NCBI GenBank assembly: GCA_963804125.1 | Contig: CAWDPF010000011.1 | Coordinates: 1-64,000 of the forward strand | DNA: 64,000 bases | Direction of reading: 5' to 3' | Source: an uncultured Gemmatimonadales bacterium | GTDB taxonomy: Bacteria; Gemmatimonadota; Gemmatimonadetes; Gemmatimonadales; GWC2-71-9 | Notes under the pieces: model-generated | The model's database searches: none | Told to the model about the DNA's origin: nothing | The model's input: only the letters and a program-made list of their open reading frames with translations | Made by a program: the position numbers and the translations under genes | Shown here: one piece after another, positions 1-11,840 of the stretch | Position numbering within the stretch: position 1 is the stretch's first letter | Layout: the number at the start of each line of letters is the position of its first letter

Positions 1-1003
1 CGTCGGATGCCGGCAGGGTGGAGTCGGCGAGCGAACCGGCCGGCCCGCCGCCCTGCAGCGGCCACTTCGTCGAGCCGGATGGACGCTCGAGGCTGTCGGG
101 GAGACGCCACTCGTAGGTCCGCACCACGCCGGCCTCGCTCGGGACCCCCTCGGCGATGATGCGAGCCCTGCCGGCCTGGTGGAGCGCGAGCAGGCCTTCG
201 GGGATCGAGGACTTGTCGTTCACCAGGACGACGGCGCGGCGTCCCGCGGCGGTGCCGTCGCCCGCCGGTACTGTCGCCCCGTCCAGGCGTCGTGCCCGGA
301 GTAGTAGCCGCCGGAGGAGTTGCCTCCTCGGGCGCGTGACCCGAATGGAGGCGGCCGCGCTGATCGGGAGCGCGGATCGCGGTGGAAGCAAAAAGGCTGC
401 AGATGCCGGACCTCCGCCAGGGCCCAGTCCAGGGCCGTCGCCCTGCTCGACGCTTGCGCAGATCGAAGACCACGCGCCGCGCCACTCGGATCGTGTCGGC
501 GAGAGCGGTCTGGCTTCGGTGGCCCGGTTGAAATCCTCGAGATCGGTCGGGTTCCGGAGCGAGATGACGAGGACGCTGTCCGCCGTCCACCAGGACCTGG
601 ATCTCACTCGCCTGGCTGGCGGGCGACTGCGGCCCGCCCGCCGTCTCCACGCTCGTCGGCCGGGACCCGCGAGCGCCCCGAGCATGTCACCGACCGCCGC
701 CGCGTAGGCGGCGCGATCGGTCGCGGCGCTGACGCGAGGAACGGCGGCGACCAGCGCCGCGTCCCAGTCGATCGGCCGGTAGGCGAGCCAGGGATGGAAG
801 TACTGGATGGAGACCCAGAGGCGGTCCGAGCGAGGCGAGCCGCTCGATGCGGACGCTCTCGGTGACGGGTGTCTGCACCGAGCGGGGTGGCATGCTTGCG
901 GAGCAGAAGCGCGCGAGACCGAGCTCGGAGGCCGAGGAGCCATTTGCAGCAGGGGACCGCGGCAGGCGCGGGTGGAAGTTGTCCCGCGTCCCGCGAGGCG
1001 CAA
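1..1003 (-). CDS. S41-family peptidase-like protein, N-terminal part only (runs off window start), frame-disrupted
   Basis: Minus-strand frame open from ~1003 (ATG) to coordinate 1 with no in-window stop (absent from ORF track for that reason). N-terminal motif DRLWVSIQYFHPWLAYRPIDWDAALVAAVPRVSAATDRAAYAAAVGDMLGAL resembles the Peptidase_S41 N-domain (W..Y.F...IDWDA...Y...DML). Downstream AVVLVNDKSSIPEGLLALHQAG resembles the S41 Ser-loop. An Arg-rich middle stretch suggests indels. Confidence 0.3.
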   Translation of the reverse strand, partial: MRLAGRGTTSTRACRGPLLQMAPRPPSSVSRASAPQACHPARCRHPSPRASASSGSPRSDRLWVSIQYFHPWLAYRPIDWDAALVAAVPRVSAATDRAAYAAAVGDMLGALAGPGRRAWRRRAGRSRPPARRVRSRSWWTADSVLVISLRNPTDLEDFNRATEARPLSPTRSEWRGAWSSICASVEQGDGPGLGPGGGPASAAFLLPPRSALPISAAASIRVTRPRRQLLRRLLLRARRLDGATVPAGDGTAAGRRAVVLVNDKSSIPEGLLALHQAGRARIIAEGVPSEAGVVRTYEWRLPDSLERPSGSTKWPLQGGGPAGSLADSTLPASD

Positions 1004-1451
1004 GAGCCAGAGATGGGCCGTTCGGCCCATTTCCCGATCCTCGAGCCAATTCCATTCTAAGACATGCCGGCCCAGGACAAACGAACTGTGCTCGTCGTAG
1101 ATGACGAGCCGTCGGTGTTGCAGGATCCTGCCTCTATCACCCTGAGGCCGAGGGATTCGAGGTCCTCGCCGCGCCGAGCGGCCGCGAGGCCGTTGCGACA
1201 CTGTGCACGTCCACACACGTGGATCTCCTGCTAGCAGACCACCTGATCATGCCCAACCTGGACGGCGAGGCCCTGGCGGGGGCCATTGCCAAAAACTCTG
1301 CCCGACCCCCCGCGGGTGGTAGTGGTGTGGGATTCGGATCGTACGCACCAGCGCGAGCAGCTCCGGTGGCCGCTGATCGTGAAGCCGTTCGACCTCGACA
1401 GCCTCCTCGCGCAGATCACCCGACGCGCTTGCCGACCCGGCACCCGTCCTC

Positions 1452-2932
<1,481 letters not shown>

Positions 2933-3155
2933 GGTCTTACAGGTTAGCCCGCTGCTGGTGGGCGGCGCCAGCCCCGGGCTCCCCGGGGATTGGCCGCTGA
3001 ACCTTTCTGCATTTGGTTGCTTTCTGTTGGCCTCTCGTAGTTTCTCGGGGGTTTGTTTTTCGCGCGTCAGTAGTACCTCACCATCGTTGCTCCTCTCCGG
3101 CCGCCTGGGCGACCTCGGCGCCGTTCCGTTTCCTCGTTCCCCCAGAGGTTCACAT

Positions 3156-4224
3156 GCGGTTGTCGAATGTGTTGCAGTCGGGGGTCTCATTGCGCTCGCG
3201 GGCCTGGCGGCCTGCACCGACGAGCCGGCCACCGAGCCGTCGGACGCCGGCGCGCCGGCCATGGCCAAGGCCAACGCACCGGACAACGACGAGGTCGTCC
3301 GCGTCGGTCACCCGCTCCTGACCCGGATCAACACCGGTCTGGCGGCCAGCGGTCAACGTCCGCGTCGCCAAGGTCGAGCTGTACAAGGGGCAAGAGGGAC
3401 CCCGCGTCGCCGACGACGATCTTCACCAATGACCGGACGCATCTCACCGCCTACCAGTGGGTGGCCGGCGATCCGCGGCGGGACGGCCGGGTCGGCGTCA
3501 CCTACGCCGTGGACCCCGAGCTCCAGACCTTCCTGACCGGCCTCGCGTTCCCCGTGCCGGTGATCGAGAACGGCGCCGGCTTCCGGCTGTCGTCGCAGGC
3601 GGAGCTCGACGGGCTCATCGAGGAGTCGATGCAGGCCTGGCGGGACCGGCGTTGCTCGACGCGCCGATCGAGCGCGTGGCGGTGCCGGCCGGCACCGACC
3701 CCGATCTGCTCGACGACTTCTACCTGGGGCGTCCCGTCCCCAGCCCGACCTATGCCCAGGTCGCGGACATCATCCAGGCCGGGTGGCAGCCCGCGGAGTT
3801 CTTCGAGGCCTACGTCCCGGGCGGCTCCGACGCCATCCTCGGCGTCACCTTCACGTTCGTGTTCGTCGACGACCAGGGCACGGCCACTGAGGACGACGAC
3901 ATTCCCACGGACATCAACGGCGACGGCCTCCTCGATACCTCGCTGGCCGAGATCTACTACAACCCCTCGTTCATCTGGACTACGCGCGGGGCGCCGAACA
4001 CCATCGATTTCTACTCGATCATCACCCACGAGACCGGCCACGCGCTGAGCCTGGCGCATTTCGGCAAGTTGTTCATCACCAAGAAGGATGGGGCCGACGG
4101 CTTCGACATCGACGAGATCCACTACGCTCCGTATGCCCTGATGAACGCGGCGTACGTCACGGGGCGGAATGAAATTGCAGGGACCGACAACGGCTCCTTC
4201 TGCCACGTCTGGGCGCGCAGATAA
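3156..4224 (+). CDS. secreted lipoprotein with metzincin-like zinc-protease motif (HETGHALSLAH), ~2 frame disruptions
   Basis: MRLSNV start, then lipobox VAVGGLIALAGLAAC. Downstream in two other frames: DPELQTFLTGLAFPVPVIENGAGFRLSSQAELDGLIEE and IITHETGHALSLAHFGKLF (HExxHxxxxxH spacing as in matrixin/M10 metzincins). TAA stop at 4224. Confidence 0.5.
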
Positions 4225-4248
4225 GCGGTTGCCGAGTTGATGCAGGGT

Positions 4249-4280
4249 GAACGGGGGGAGCCGGGTGGCCCCCCCCGTTC
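4249..4280 (+). terminator. GC-rich hairpin (GAACGGGGGG-loop-CCCCCCCGTTC) downstream of metalloprotease gene
   Basis: Perfect 10-nt inverted repeat directly after the stop codon. Confidence 0.5.
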
Positions 4281-4504
4281 TGGTTGAGGGGGGTCGTCCG
4301 GACCCGTTTGCAGTTGCCGGACGAACGCGCCGTTTCCTGGGCGCGTCGGATCCCCCGAGGGTGCCTCGTGGAGACATTGGGTTTCGCGGCGCGGAACCTT
4401 TGGATCGCGGCGCAGCTCGTCGAGGTCGGTGCTCGGGTGCTGGAGGTCGCGCCGCTCGCACGCCATTACGCCGCTCGTCGGCGTAGGGAAGCCGCTTCGC
4501 GGCT

Positions 4505-5026
4505 CGAGGGAGCTCCGTCGCGGCTTTCAGGGAGCTCCGTCTCGGCCTCAGGGTGCTCCGTCTCGGCCTCAGGCTGCTCCGTCTCGGCCTCAGGCTGCTC
4601 CGTCTCGGCTTCAGGCTGCTCCGTCTTGGTTTCAGGAGACTGCGTGTCGGTTTCATGGAGCCGCTGTCCGACTCTAGGGAGCCGCTGTCCGACTCAAGGA
4701 GGCTGCTGTCCGACTCTAGGGAGCGATCGCTGTCCGACTCGGGGAGCTGCTGTCCGACTCTAGGGAGCCGCTGTCCAACTCTAGGGAGCTGCTGTCCGGC
4801 TCTAGGGAGCCGCTGTCCAACTCTAGGGAGCCGCTGCCCGACTCAGGGAGCTGCTGTCCGACTCTAGGGAGCTGCTGTCCGACTCTAGGGAGCCGCTGTC
4901 TGACTCTAGGATGCCGCTGTCCGACTTTAGGAAGCTGCGGCGCGCTCCAGGGAGCCGCGGTCCGACTCGAGGGAGCTGCGATGCGACTCAAGGGCGCCGC
5001 GTTTCGACTAGAGGGCGCCCCGTCGC
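4505..5026. repeat. tandem array of ~25 x 21-bp units (two sub-families: CAGGSTGCTCCGTCTCGGCCT and TAGGGAGCCGCTGTCCGACTC)
   Basis: Direct reading shows head-to-tail 21-nt units with point variants and no unique spacers. One frame carries a TAG in every second-family unit. Confidence 0.85.
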
Positions 5027-5271
5027 CACGAAAGTTTGTAACGATCGCACCGAAGGTCGACGCGATCGCCCCCCGGAAGCGTCGTTCCACCCCCAGGGCG
5101 TTGCGTTCGCGCCTGAGGGAGAAGAAATCGCCCCCGAGGCCCGGGCGGTCGCAGTCCAGGCGGTCGCTGTCGGGCCTCGGGAGCGCGCGGCTTGATATCG
5201 GCTTGAGAGCGGAGTGCGATATCTAGCCGGAACCACCGTTCTGCCGGCGTTCCTTCCCCCAGGAGCTCCAT

Positions 5272-6456
5272 ATGCCTCGATTCGCCGCCCTCGTCCCCGC
5301 GCTCCTTCTGGCCGTCCTGGCCTGCCGGGACGAGGCCCGTCCTCACCGACCCGGAGCCCGGGCCGGCCCTCGCCACGGCCGCGGCCGCGACGCTGGCGTT
5401 CGAGCAGATCAGCGGCGGCTACCACTTCACCTGCGGGCCCACGACGGACCATCGAGCCTACTGCTGGGACTTCAACGACATCGCGGCGCTCGGGGATGGC
5501 ACGACCATCCACCGGCACACGCCGACGGCGGTCGCCGGCGGGCTCAGCTTCCGCCAGATCAGCGCCGGCGCCATTTCCGCCTGCGGTGTGACCACGGACT
5601 TCAGGGCCTACTGCTGGGGCGCCAACGACAACGGCCTGCTCGGCGACGGGACGACGACGTATCGTACGACCCAGTGGCGGTCGCGGGCGGGCACCGCTTC
5701 CGCCAGGTGGAGACCAAGTGGAAGCACACCTGCGGCGTGAGCTACCCCGACGACCGGGTCTACTGCTGGGGCGAGAACCTCGACAGCAGCTCGGCGACGG
5801 CACGCGAACCCGTCGCCTGAAGCCGACGCTGGTCGCCAGTGACCTCCGCTTCCGCCGCGTGACTGCCGGGTGGAGCCACTGGTGCGGCGTGACCACCGAC
5901 GACCGCCTGTTCTGCTGGGCCTTCAACAGCCTCGGCCAGATCGGCGACAGCTCGACCGCCGCGCGGCGCCTGAAGCCCGCCCGGGTCGGCCGGACCCGCG
6001 ATTGGCACGACGTGGACGCGGGGGGCTTCCACCGCTGCCGCGGTCACCACCGCCGACCGCGCCTACTGCTGGGGCAATGGCACCAAGGGCGAGCTCGGCA
6101 CCGGCCAGCAGGCCGTGAGCTTCTGGCCGAGAGCGGTGGCCGGCGGGCTCCGGTTCCATCGGGTCAGCGCGGGCTACACCCATACCTGCGGCGAGTCCAC
6201 GGGCGACCGAAGCTACTGCTGGGGCGACGGGTCCCTCGGCCAGAGCGGTGCCGGCTTCATCGTCGACAACCCTTTGACGCCGATTGCGGTCGTGGGAGGG
6301 CACGCGTTCAAGCAGGTGAGCACCGGCAGCACCCATACGTGCGGCAGGACCATCGCCGGCGTGGCCTACTGCTGGGGATACAATGCCTACGGGCAGCTCG
6401 GCAACGGCACGATCATCGATCGCCTGGCCCCGGTGCCGGTCGCGGACCCGATGTAG
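5272..6456 (+). CDS. RCC1-repeat (beta-propeller) lipoprotein, at least 3 frame disruptions
   Basis: Signal peptide and lipobox (LLAVLAC). At least 7 repeats of YCWGxNxxGQLGDGTTxxRxxPVAVAGGxRFxQVSAGxxHTCG spread over three frames (e.g. ORF 6115..6456 MSFWPRAVAGGLRFHRVSAGYTHTCGESTGDRSYCWGDGSLGQSG...). Confidence 0.6.
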
Positions 6457-6508
6457 CGCGAAGCTGGAACAGGCTCGTCGCAAGCGGAGCGGGTGCGGAA
6501 GCGCCCGC

Positions 6509-7050
6509 TCAGGCCTTGTCCCAGGTGCCGGGTGGCACCTCGTCGATCCAGAGCAGCCCCCGGTCCCTCGTGCCGATCACCTCGTCGTCCGTGTCCACCC
6601 ACCCCGCCATGTCGATCCAGGTCGACCACGGCTCCTTCGCCTCTTCCCGGAGCCGTGCCGCGTTTCGCGCCGCGAGCACTCGGGTCATCGTCGTCCTGCA
6701 CGAAATGGCGCACCAGCTCGCCGCCGGTGATGTACACCAGTTCGCCGAAGCCGGCCGCGTGGTCGCCAGCCGGCGTAAACCAGGTCGCCCCCGTCGGCGA
6801 GCCGCAGCAGGAGTTCCGCGGCGCCGCGGCCGCCGAGCCCGCCCGAGAGCTCCTGGAAGACCGTCCACGCGCCCCAGGGAAAGATGAAGACGGCGAGCCC
6901 CTTCCAATCCTCACCCTCCAGGGCCAGGTCGATCGACTCCCGCTCGGGCACCTCGCGTGCAGGCTCGACCTCGGGAACGCCGATCCAGGCGTGGAACTGC
7001 TCGAGCGCGTCCTTCAGCGGCCGGCGCACCCGCAGGTAGCTCAGGTTCAT
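6509..7050 (-). CDS. hypothetical protein (~180 aa, 2 frame disruptions); weak resemblance to SMI1/KNR4 (SUKH)-type immunity-like proteins
   Basis: MNLSYLRVRRPLKDALEQFHAWIGVPEV...EDWKGLAVFIFPWGAWTVFQELSGG...ADGGDLV / GFGELVYITGGELVRHFVQDDDDP / EPWSTWIDMAGWVDTDDEVIGTRDRGLLWIDEVPPGTWDKA* pieced from ORFs 6685..7050, 6387..6914 and 6509..6907. Confidence 0.35.
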
Positions 7051-7090
7051 TCGACGCCTCCCCTCTCATCGCTCGCCGGGTTTCCTGGCC

Positions 7091-7466
7091 TCACGCGTCG
7101 CCGTACTCCCGTTTCAGCCGTTCGAAGTATGCGCGCTTGCGCTCCTCGTTCCACGCGGGATCGGTGCGTTCGCGCGTTCGGGCGGATCGACGCTGTCTGC
7201 CTCCACGACGGCCAGCGTGATCACCTGCCCGACTTGGAGGGCCTCGCGGAGCCACCGTATCTGGATCGCCGCGCCGTCGGGGTCGTGCGCCAGGCCGCCC
7301 ACCTCCAGCGCGAGCTCTTCATCGAACGCATCGCCGATAGGTTCCCCGGACGCGGGGTCGCGGGACAGCCGCGGACCCAGTCGCGATGACCGAGGCCACA
7401 TCCAGGTCGCCGGATTCCGGCGGTGCACTGCCGACGCCCGTCGATGGAGATTTCGAACGCTATCAT
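7091..7466 (-). CDS. hypothetical protein (~125 aa, frame-disrupted)
   Basis: MIAFEISIDGRRQCTAGI ... IGDAFDEELALEVGGLAHDPDGAAIQIRWLREALQVGQVITLAVVEADSVDPPER ... DPAWNEERKRAYFERLKREYGDA*. High GC3 codon usage. Tandem with the previous gene. Confidence 0.35.
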
Positions 7467-7629
7467 GCCCGGCCTCCCTTTGCCCCGTGCGTCCTCTTGC
7501 CGGTTCGCCGCCGTATCGGTAGTCGCCCGTCCCAGGGCAGGCATGTCACCAAGATGCAGTCCGGTGCTGCGGCGGATGAGGGAGCGCGCTCCCAACACCC
7601 CGGCTGGCGCCCGCCGCCGGTCCCCGCGC

Positions 7630-9303
7630 ATGTTTCTGGCCATGGCTCACGAGAACTTCACCGCGCTGCTGGCCCTGGTCGGCATCGTCATCGTCGTCTG
7701 CTCGTTGCTCTCCGGCGCGATCGAGCGGAGCGGCCTCCCCCAGGTCGCGATCTTCCTCCTTCTCGGCGCCGGCCTCGGCCCCGCCGGCCTCGGCCTGATC
7801 GAGCTGGGGCTCGACTCGCCCTCGCTGCAGGTCATCGCGACCCTCGGCCTCGTGCTGGTGCTGTTCAGCGACGCCATCGGCGTGGACATCGCGGAGGTCA
7901 GAGCAGCACCGCCTGGCCGCGCTGATCCTCGGGCCCGGCACCTTGCTCCCCGCGGCGATGATCGCCCTCGCCGCCTGGGTCCTGCTCGGCCTCCACCGGG
8001 CCGCCGCGGCCATCCTCGGCGCCGCGCTGGCCTCGACCGACCCGGTGCTGCTCGCGCTCGTTCCTCCGGAGCCCGGCGCTGCCGCCGACCGCCAAGCTCG
8101 CGCTCCGGCTCGAGAGCGGGATGAACGACGTCATCCTGCTGCCGATCGTCGTGCTCTGCATGCTGGCCCTCCGCGCGACCGGCCCGGCGCCGGCCTGGGA
8201 GTACGGCAGCCGCGCCGTCGGGCTGTTCGTCCTCGGGCCCTGCTCGGCGTGTTCGCCGGCTGGGTGGCCATCACCCTGCTCGAGCGGGTGCGCCGGCGGG
8301 TCGGCGTCCGGCGGGACTACGAGTCGCTCTACGCGCTCGGCATGGCCTTCACCGCTTCGCGGCGCGGAGGCGGTTGGCGGGAGCGGCTTCCTGGCGGCGT
8401 TCGCGGCGGGAATGATGATGGCGGCGCTCGACGTCGAGCTGTGCGACTGCTTCCTCGACTACGGCGAGGCGTGGGCGGAGATGTTCTTGCTGCTCACCTT
8501 CGTGGCGTTCGGGGCGGGGCTCATCTGGACCGGCGTGACGCTGGCGGGCGACTGGCGCGTGCTGGTCTTCGCCGCGGTGGCGCTCGGCATCCGGGGCGGG
8601 GTGCTGATCCCGGTGCTGGCGCGCTCGGGGATCGAGCCGGAGAGCTGCCGGCTGATCGCGCTGTTCGGCCCGCGCGGGCTGTCGTCGCTGCTGCTGGTGC
8701 TGCTGCCGGTGTTCGCCGGGATCCCGGGCGCGGAGCGGCTGTTCACCATCACCTGCCTGGTGGTGCTGCTCTCGGTGGTGATCCACGGCGGCGGGATCGC
8801 GATCTACCTCCGGCGCCACGGCGGCGCCGCGGCCGGCGCGCCGACGCCCGGCGCCGCGCCCGCCCCGAACCGCGCCGAGGTGGTGCCGAGTGCCGCCACC
8901 GCCGCCGCAGCCGCCGGCCGTGGCACCGTCGGCCCCGGGCGAAAGGCCGCCCGAGCGGCCGAGACCAACGTGCCCGAGAAGATCACCATCCCGGAGTTCC
9001 CGCGCTGCAGCAGGCCGGCGAGCCGGTCATCGTCGCCGACGTCCGCACCGAGCGGAGCTACCGCGACGACCCAACATGGGCGAGGGCGCGATCCGGCTCC
9101 CGCCCGACGACGCCGTCCGCCTGGCGCGCGAGCGACGATTGGAGCCGCACGCCACGCTCGTCCTGTACTGTGCGTGACAGGACGAAGCCACAAGCGCCCG
9201 GGTGGCGCGAGAGCTTCGTCGAGCGGGATGGAAGAAGGCGCGGGCGCTGGTCGGGGGGTGGGCGGCGTGGCAGGCGGAAGGACTGCCGGTGGTGCCGGAG
9301 TGA
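7630..9303 (+). CDS. nhaP: NhaP/CPA1-type cation/proton antiporter with C-terminal rhodanese-like domain, at least 4 frame disruptions
   Basis: MFLAMAHENFTALLALVGIVIVVCSLLSGAIERSGLPQVAIFLLLGAGLGPAGLGLIELGL; ALASTDPVLLALV; LESGMNDVILLPIVVLCMLAL; FAAGMMMAALDVE...GLSSLLLVLLPVFAGIPGAERLF in ORFs 7423.., 7943.., 8121... Then IRLPPDDAVRLARERRLEPHATLVLYCA ... ARVARELRRAGWKKARALVGGWAAWQAEGLPVVPE* (rhodanese fold). Confidence 0.6.
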
Positions 9304-9389
9304 GGCTCAGACGGTCGGAGCTGACCCAGCACCGGGGGCGCATCCGCTGCCGGGGAGGAGGACCAACGACCAGGGCCGACGCGGGACCG

Positions 9390-9778
9390 GGGGGGACCTG
9401 GTCCTCGTCCGACCAGCTCCTGGATCATCCGGGCCAGTTCCGGGAGGATGAGCGGCTTCCAGACCAGCGGGAGATCGCGATAGCCGGAGAGCAGGTCGCG
9501 CGTCTCGGCGTCGCCGGGCGCGGCCATGAGCACCACCACCAGGCTCGGATCGAGGTCGAGCGCGCGCTCGGCCAGTTCGCCGCCGTCCATCCCGGGCATC
9601 CCGAGATCGACCAGGAGCAGGCGAGCCTCCCCGGGGTGCGTATCGAGGAAGCCGAGGGCCGCCCGGCCGCCGAGGCAGTTCCGGGCGTGGTAGCCAAGAT
9701 CCTGGAGCATGCGGGTGACGGCGTGGTGCGAGGTGCGCCTCGTAGTCGACCACCAGGACGAGGGGACCGGGAGCCATG
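9390..9778 (-). CDS. stand-alone REC response regulator, 1 frame disruption; 3' end approximate
   Basis: MAPGPLVLVVDYEAHLA then MLQDLGYHARNCLGGRAALGFLDTHPGEARLLLVDLGMPGMDGGELAERALDLDPSLVVVLMAAPGDAETRDLLSGYRDLPLVWKPLILPELARMIQELV. Paralogous to the REC at 1064..1483. Confidence 0.6.
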
Positions 9779-10045
9779 GGAATGATGTCGGTGTCTTCGT
9801 GGGGCACGGAGCCTCCGGGCAGCCCGCCAGGCCGCCGTTCGGCCCTCTCCACGAAGAGGGCGGTCGGTAGTATACCTTCTAGAGAGACCTAGGGGGTCGC
9901 GGAAGCTGTGACCGCGACGCGACACCTGCGGAGACCCTGCAGCGGAGCGATGGGGTTACGCGTCACATCCGTCGCGGCCGGCGTCTGCCTACAGTACAGC
10001 CGGTCGCGCGTCAGGCCCAGTCGACCCCAACTCCGCGGAGGCTCC

Positions 10046-10318
10046 ATGGCGGCAGAAGAAACTCGAGAAGGGCGGTCGGAAATACGGCAAGGCGGCGAGC
10101 AAGAGCGTCAAGAGCGCCATGCGCCGCCGGAAGAAGGGCACGCTCACCCGCGGCAAAGCCGGGCGCGGCGGCAAGGTGAAGAGCCGCAAGCAGGCGGTCG
10201 CGATCGGCCTGTCGGAGGCCCGGAAGAAGGGCGCCAAGGTCCCGGCGAAGAAGCGGCAGGACGGAAGAAGCGCGCGGGCAAGCGGTCGAAGTCGGGCAGG
10301 CGTCGGCGCTCAGCCGTA
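10046..10318 (+). CDS. small basic Lys/Gly-rich protein (KGG/stress-protein-like), 1 frame disruption
   Basis: MAAEE.. then KKLEKGGRKYGKAASKSVKSAMRRRKKGTLTRGKAGRGGKVKSRKQAVAIGLSEARKKGAKVPAKKRQ. The IAIGLSEAR motif is typical of a widespread small basic protein family. Confidence 0.5.
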
Positions 10319-10323
10319 GCAAA

Positions 10324-10353
10324 AGACAGGGCGTGGATCTCTCCACGCCCTGT
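10324..10353. terminator. bidirectional hairpin GACAGGGCGTGGA-TCTC-TCCACGCCCTGTC between convergent genes
   Basis: Perfect 13-nt inverted repeat immediately after both stop codons. Confidence 0.6.
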
Positions 10354-10364
10354 CCGTGTCTGCC

Positions 10365-10793
10365 CTCATACGGTCCGGCCTAGCGCGCCGTCGACCTGTC
10401 CGTCGCTCGAGCTGTCCATGCCCGGGTCGTTCATCGCCGTGCTGTCCATCCCGTCGTGGCTCATCGTGGAGCTGTCGATGCCCGTCTTGTTCGTCGAGCG
10501 TGTCGGTCCCGGCGCCGGTCGAGCTGTCGATGGCCTCGTTGAGGGTGTCGCCCTTGGACGTCACGGGCTGACCCTGGTCGGGCCGGGTCTGGGTGACGTC
10601 CGGGCTGATGTTGGACTTGCCGGTCGTGTCGACGCCCGACTGGTCGGCGTTGGCGTTGGCGGAGTCCGAGACGCGCGGCGGCCGTCGTGTCGCGCGCGGC
10701 TCCGACGTTCTCGTTGGCGCTGTTCTTGGCGCAGGCCAGGCCCCCGACCAGCAGGCTGAGCGTGGCGATGCGCATCGGCGATGGAACTCGCAT
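10365..10793 (-). CDS. low-complexity secreted lipoprotein (Asp/Ser/Thr/Gly-rich), frame-disrupted
   Basis: MRVPSPMRIATLSLLVGGLACAKNSANENVGAARDTT (lipobox), then SANANADQSGVDTTGKSNISPDVTQTRPDQGQPVTSKGDTLNEAIDSSTGAGTDTLDEQDG and DSSTMSHDGMDSTAMNDPGMDSSSDGQVDGALGRTV* in other frames. Confidence 0.45.
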
Positions 10794-10943
10794 GGGACCT
10801 CCCCCATGGTTTGAGCGTGGCCGCTGAATCACCTCCAAGCGCCAGTACATAGCCACCGTCAGGCCCTCGGACCCGCAGCTACCCTGGCTCTGTCCGCTGC
10901 CTGCCCGCCAGCCCGCCTGCCGTGCGCCGCGTCGCCCGCCCGC

Positions 10944-11840
10944 CTACTTTCCCCCCGGCAGCTGAATCATCGGCATCGCGCCGCCCGTCACCTGCGGCAT
11001 CTGCCCGTTCCAGCGCTTGCTCATCTCGTACTGCACCAGCGTCGGCGTGATGCTCTCGCTCAGCAGCCGGTTCGCCTTGGCCTGCGCCTCCGCCTCGGCC
11101 AGGATCGCCTTGGCCCGGCCGGCCGCCTTGATCGAGTCGCCCTGGGCCTGGAACTGGTTCTTCTGCAGCTCGTTCTGCGCCGTGAGGCCCTGCTGCTGCA
11201 TCACGTTCTTCTGGTTGATGGCCTCGATCACCGACGGCGGCGCGCGCAGCTCGTTGATCGTGAACTGCTTCACCAGGATCCCGTAGGGCGAGAGCCGCTG
11301 CTCCAGCAGCTCGCTCACCCGCGACGTCGCCTCGGCCTTCTTGGGGCCGATGATCGCCGCGATCTCCTCGTTGCCCACCACCTCCTGCAGCGACTGCCGG
11401 ATCGCCTGCTTCACGTAGCTGTGCTGGATGGTCGCGATGTCGGTCCGGAACGTGGAGTACAGCGCCGGCACCTTGCTCGGGTTCAGCTCGAACGACATCG
11501 ACACGTCGAGCGAGAGCGGCTGGCCCTCGACGCTGTTGACGTTGATCTCGTCGTTCCCCGACGACCCTTCGCTCGGCCCGCGGGTCAGCACCAGCGTCTG
11601 CATGAACGTCGGGTACTCCTCGATCCCGGTCGTGAGCGGGTTCCGGGCGTGGAGGCCCGGACTGAGCGGCGTCGGATCCACGCCGCCGCCGACGCGGTGG
11701 ATGACGATCCCCACGTGCCCCGGGTTGATGTAGGTCATGGCGGTGGGCAGGAGCACCAGCAGCGCGATCAGCCCCAGGGCCACGCCGGCGAGCCGCACCA
11801 GGCGGCCGAGCCCCGAAACGCCGATACCGTCGCTACTCAT
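10944..11840 (-). CDS. SPFH/Band-7 (prohibitin/HflC-like) family protein
   Basis: MSSDGIGVSGLGRLVRLAGVALGLIALLVLLPTAMTYINPGHVGIVIHRVGGGVDPTPLSPGLHARNPLTTGIEEYPTFMQTLVLT...QAKANRLLSESITPTLVQYEMSKRWNG. AGGAGG RBS before the ATG. Clean frame. Confidence 0.8.
   Translation of the reverse strand: MSSDGIGVSGLGRLVRLAGVALGLIALLVLLPTAMTYINPGHVGIVIHRVGGGVDPTPLSPGLHARNPLTTGIEEYPTFMQTLVLTRGPSEGSSGNDEINVNSVEGQPLSLDVSMSFELNPSKVPALYSTFRTDIATIQHSYVKQAIRQSLQEVVGNEEIAAIIGPKKAEATSRVSELLEQRLSPYGILVKQFTINELRAPPSVIEAINQKNVMQQQGLTAQNELQKNQFQAQGDSIKAAGRAKAILAEAEAQAKANRLLSESITPTLVQYEMSKRWNGQMPQVTGGAMPMIQLPGGK

Noticed and set aside
4505-5026. Possible CRISPR array
   Set aside because: The units are contiguous 21-mers with no unique spacers between them and no cas genes nearby. 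It is a minisatellite, not repeat-spacer architecture.
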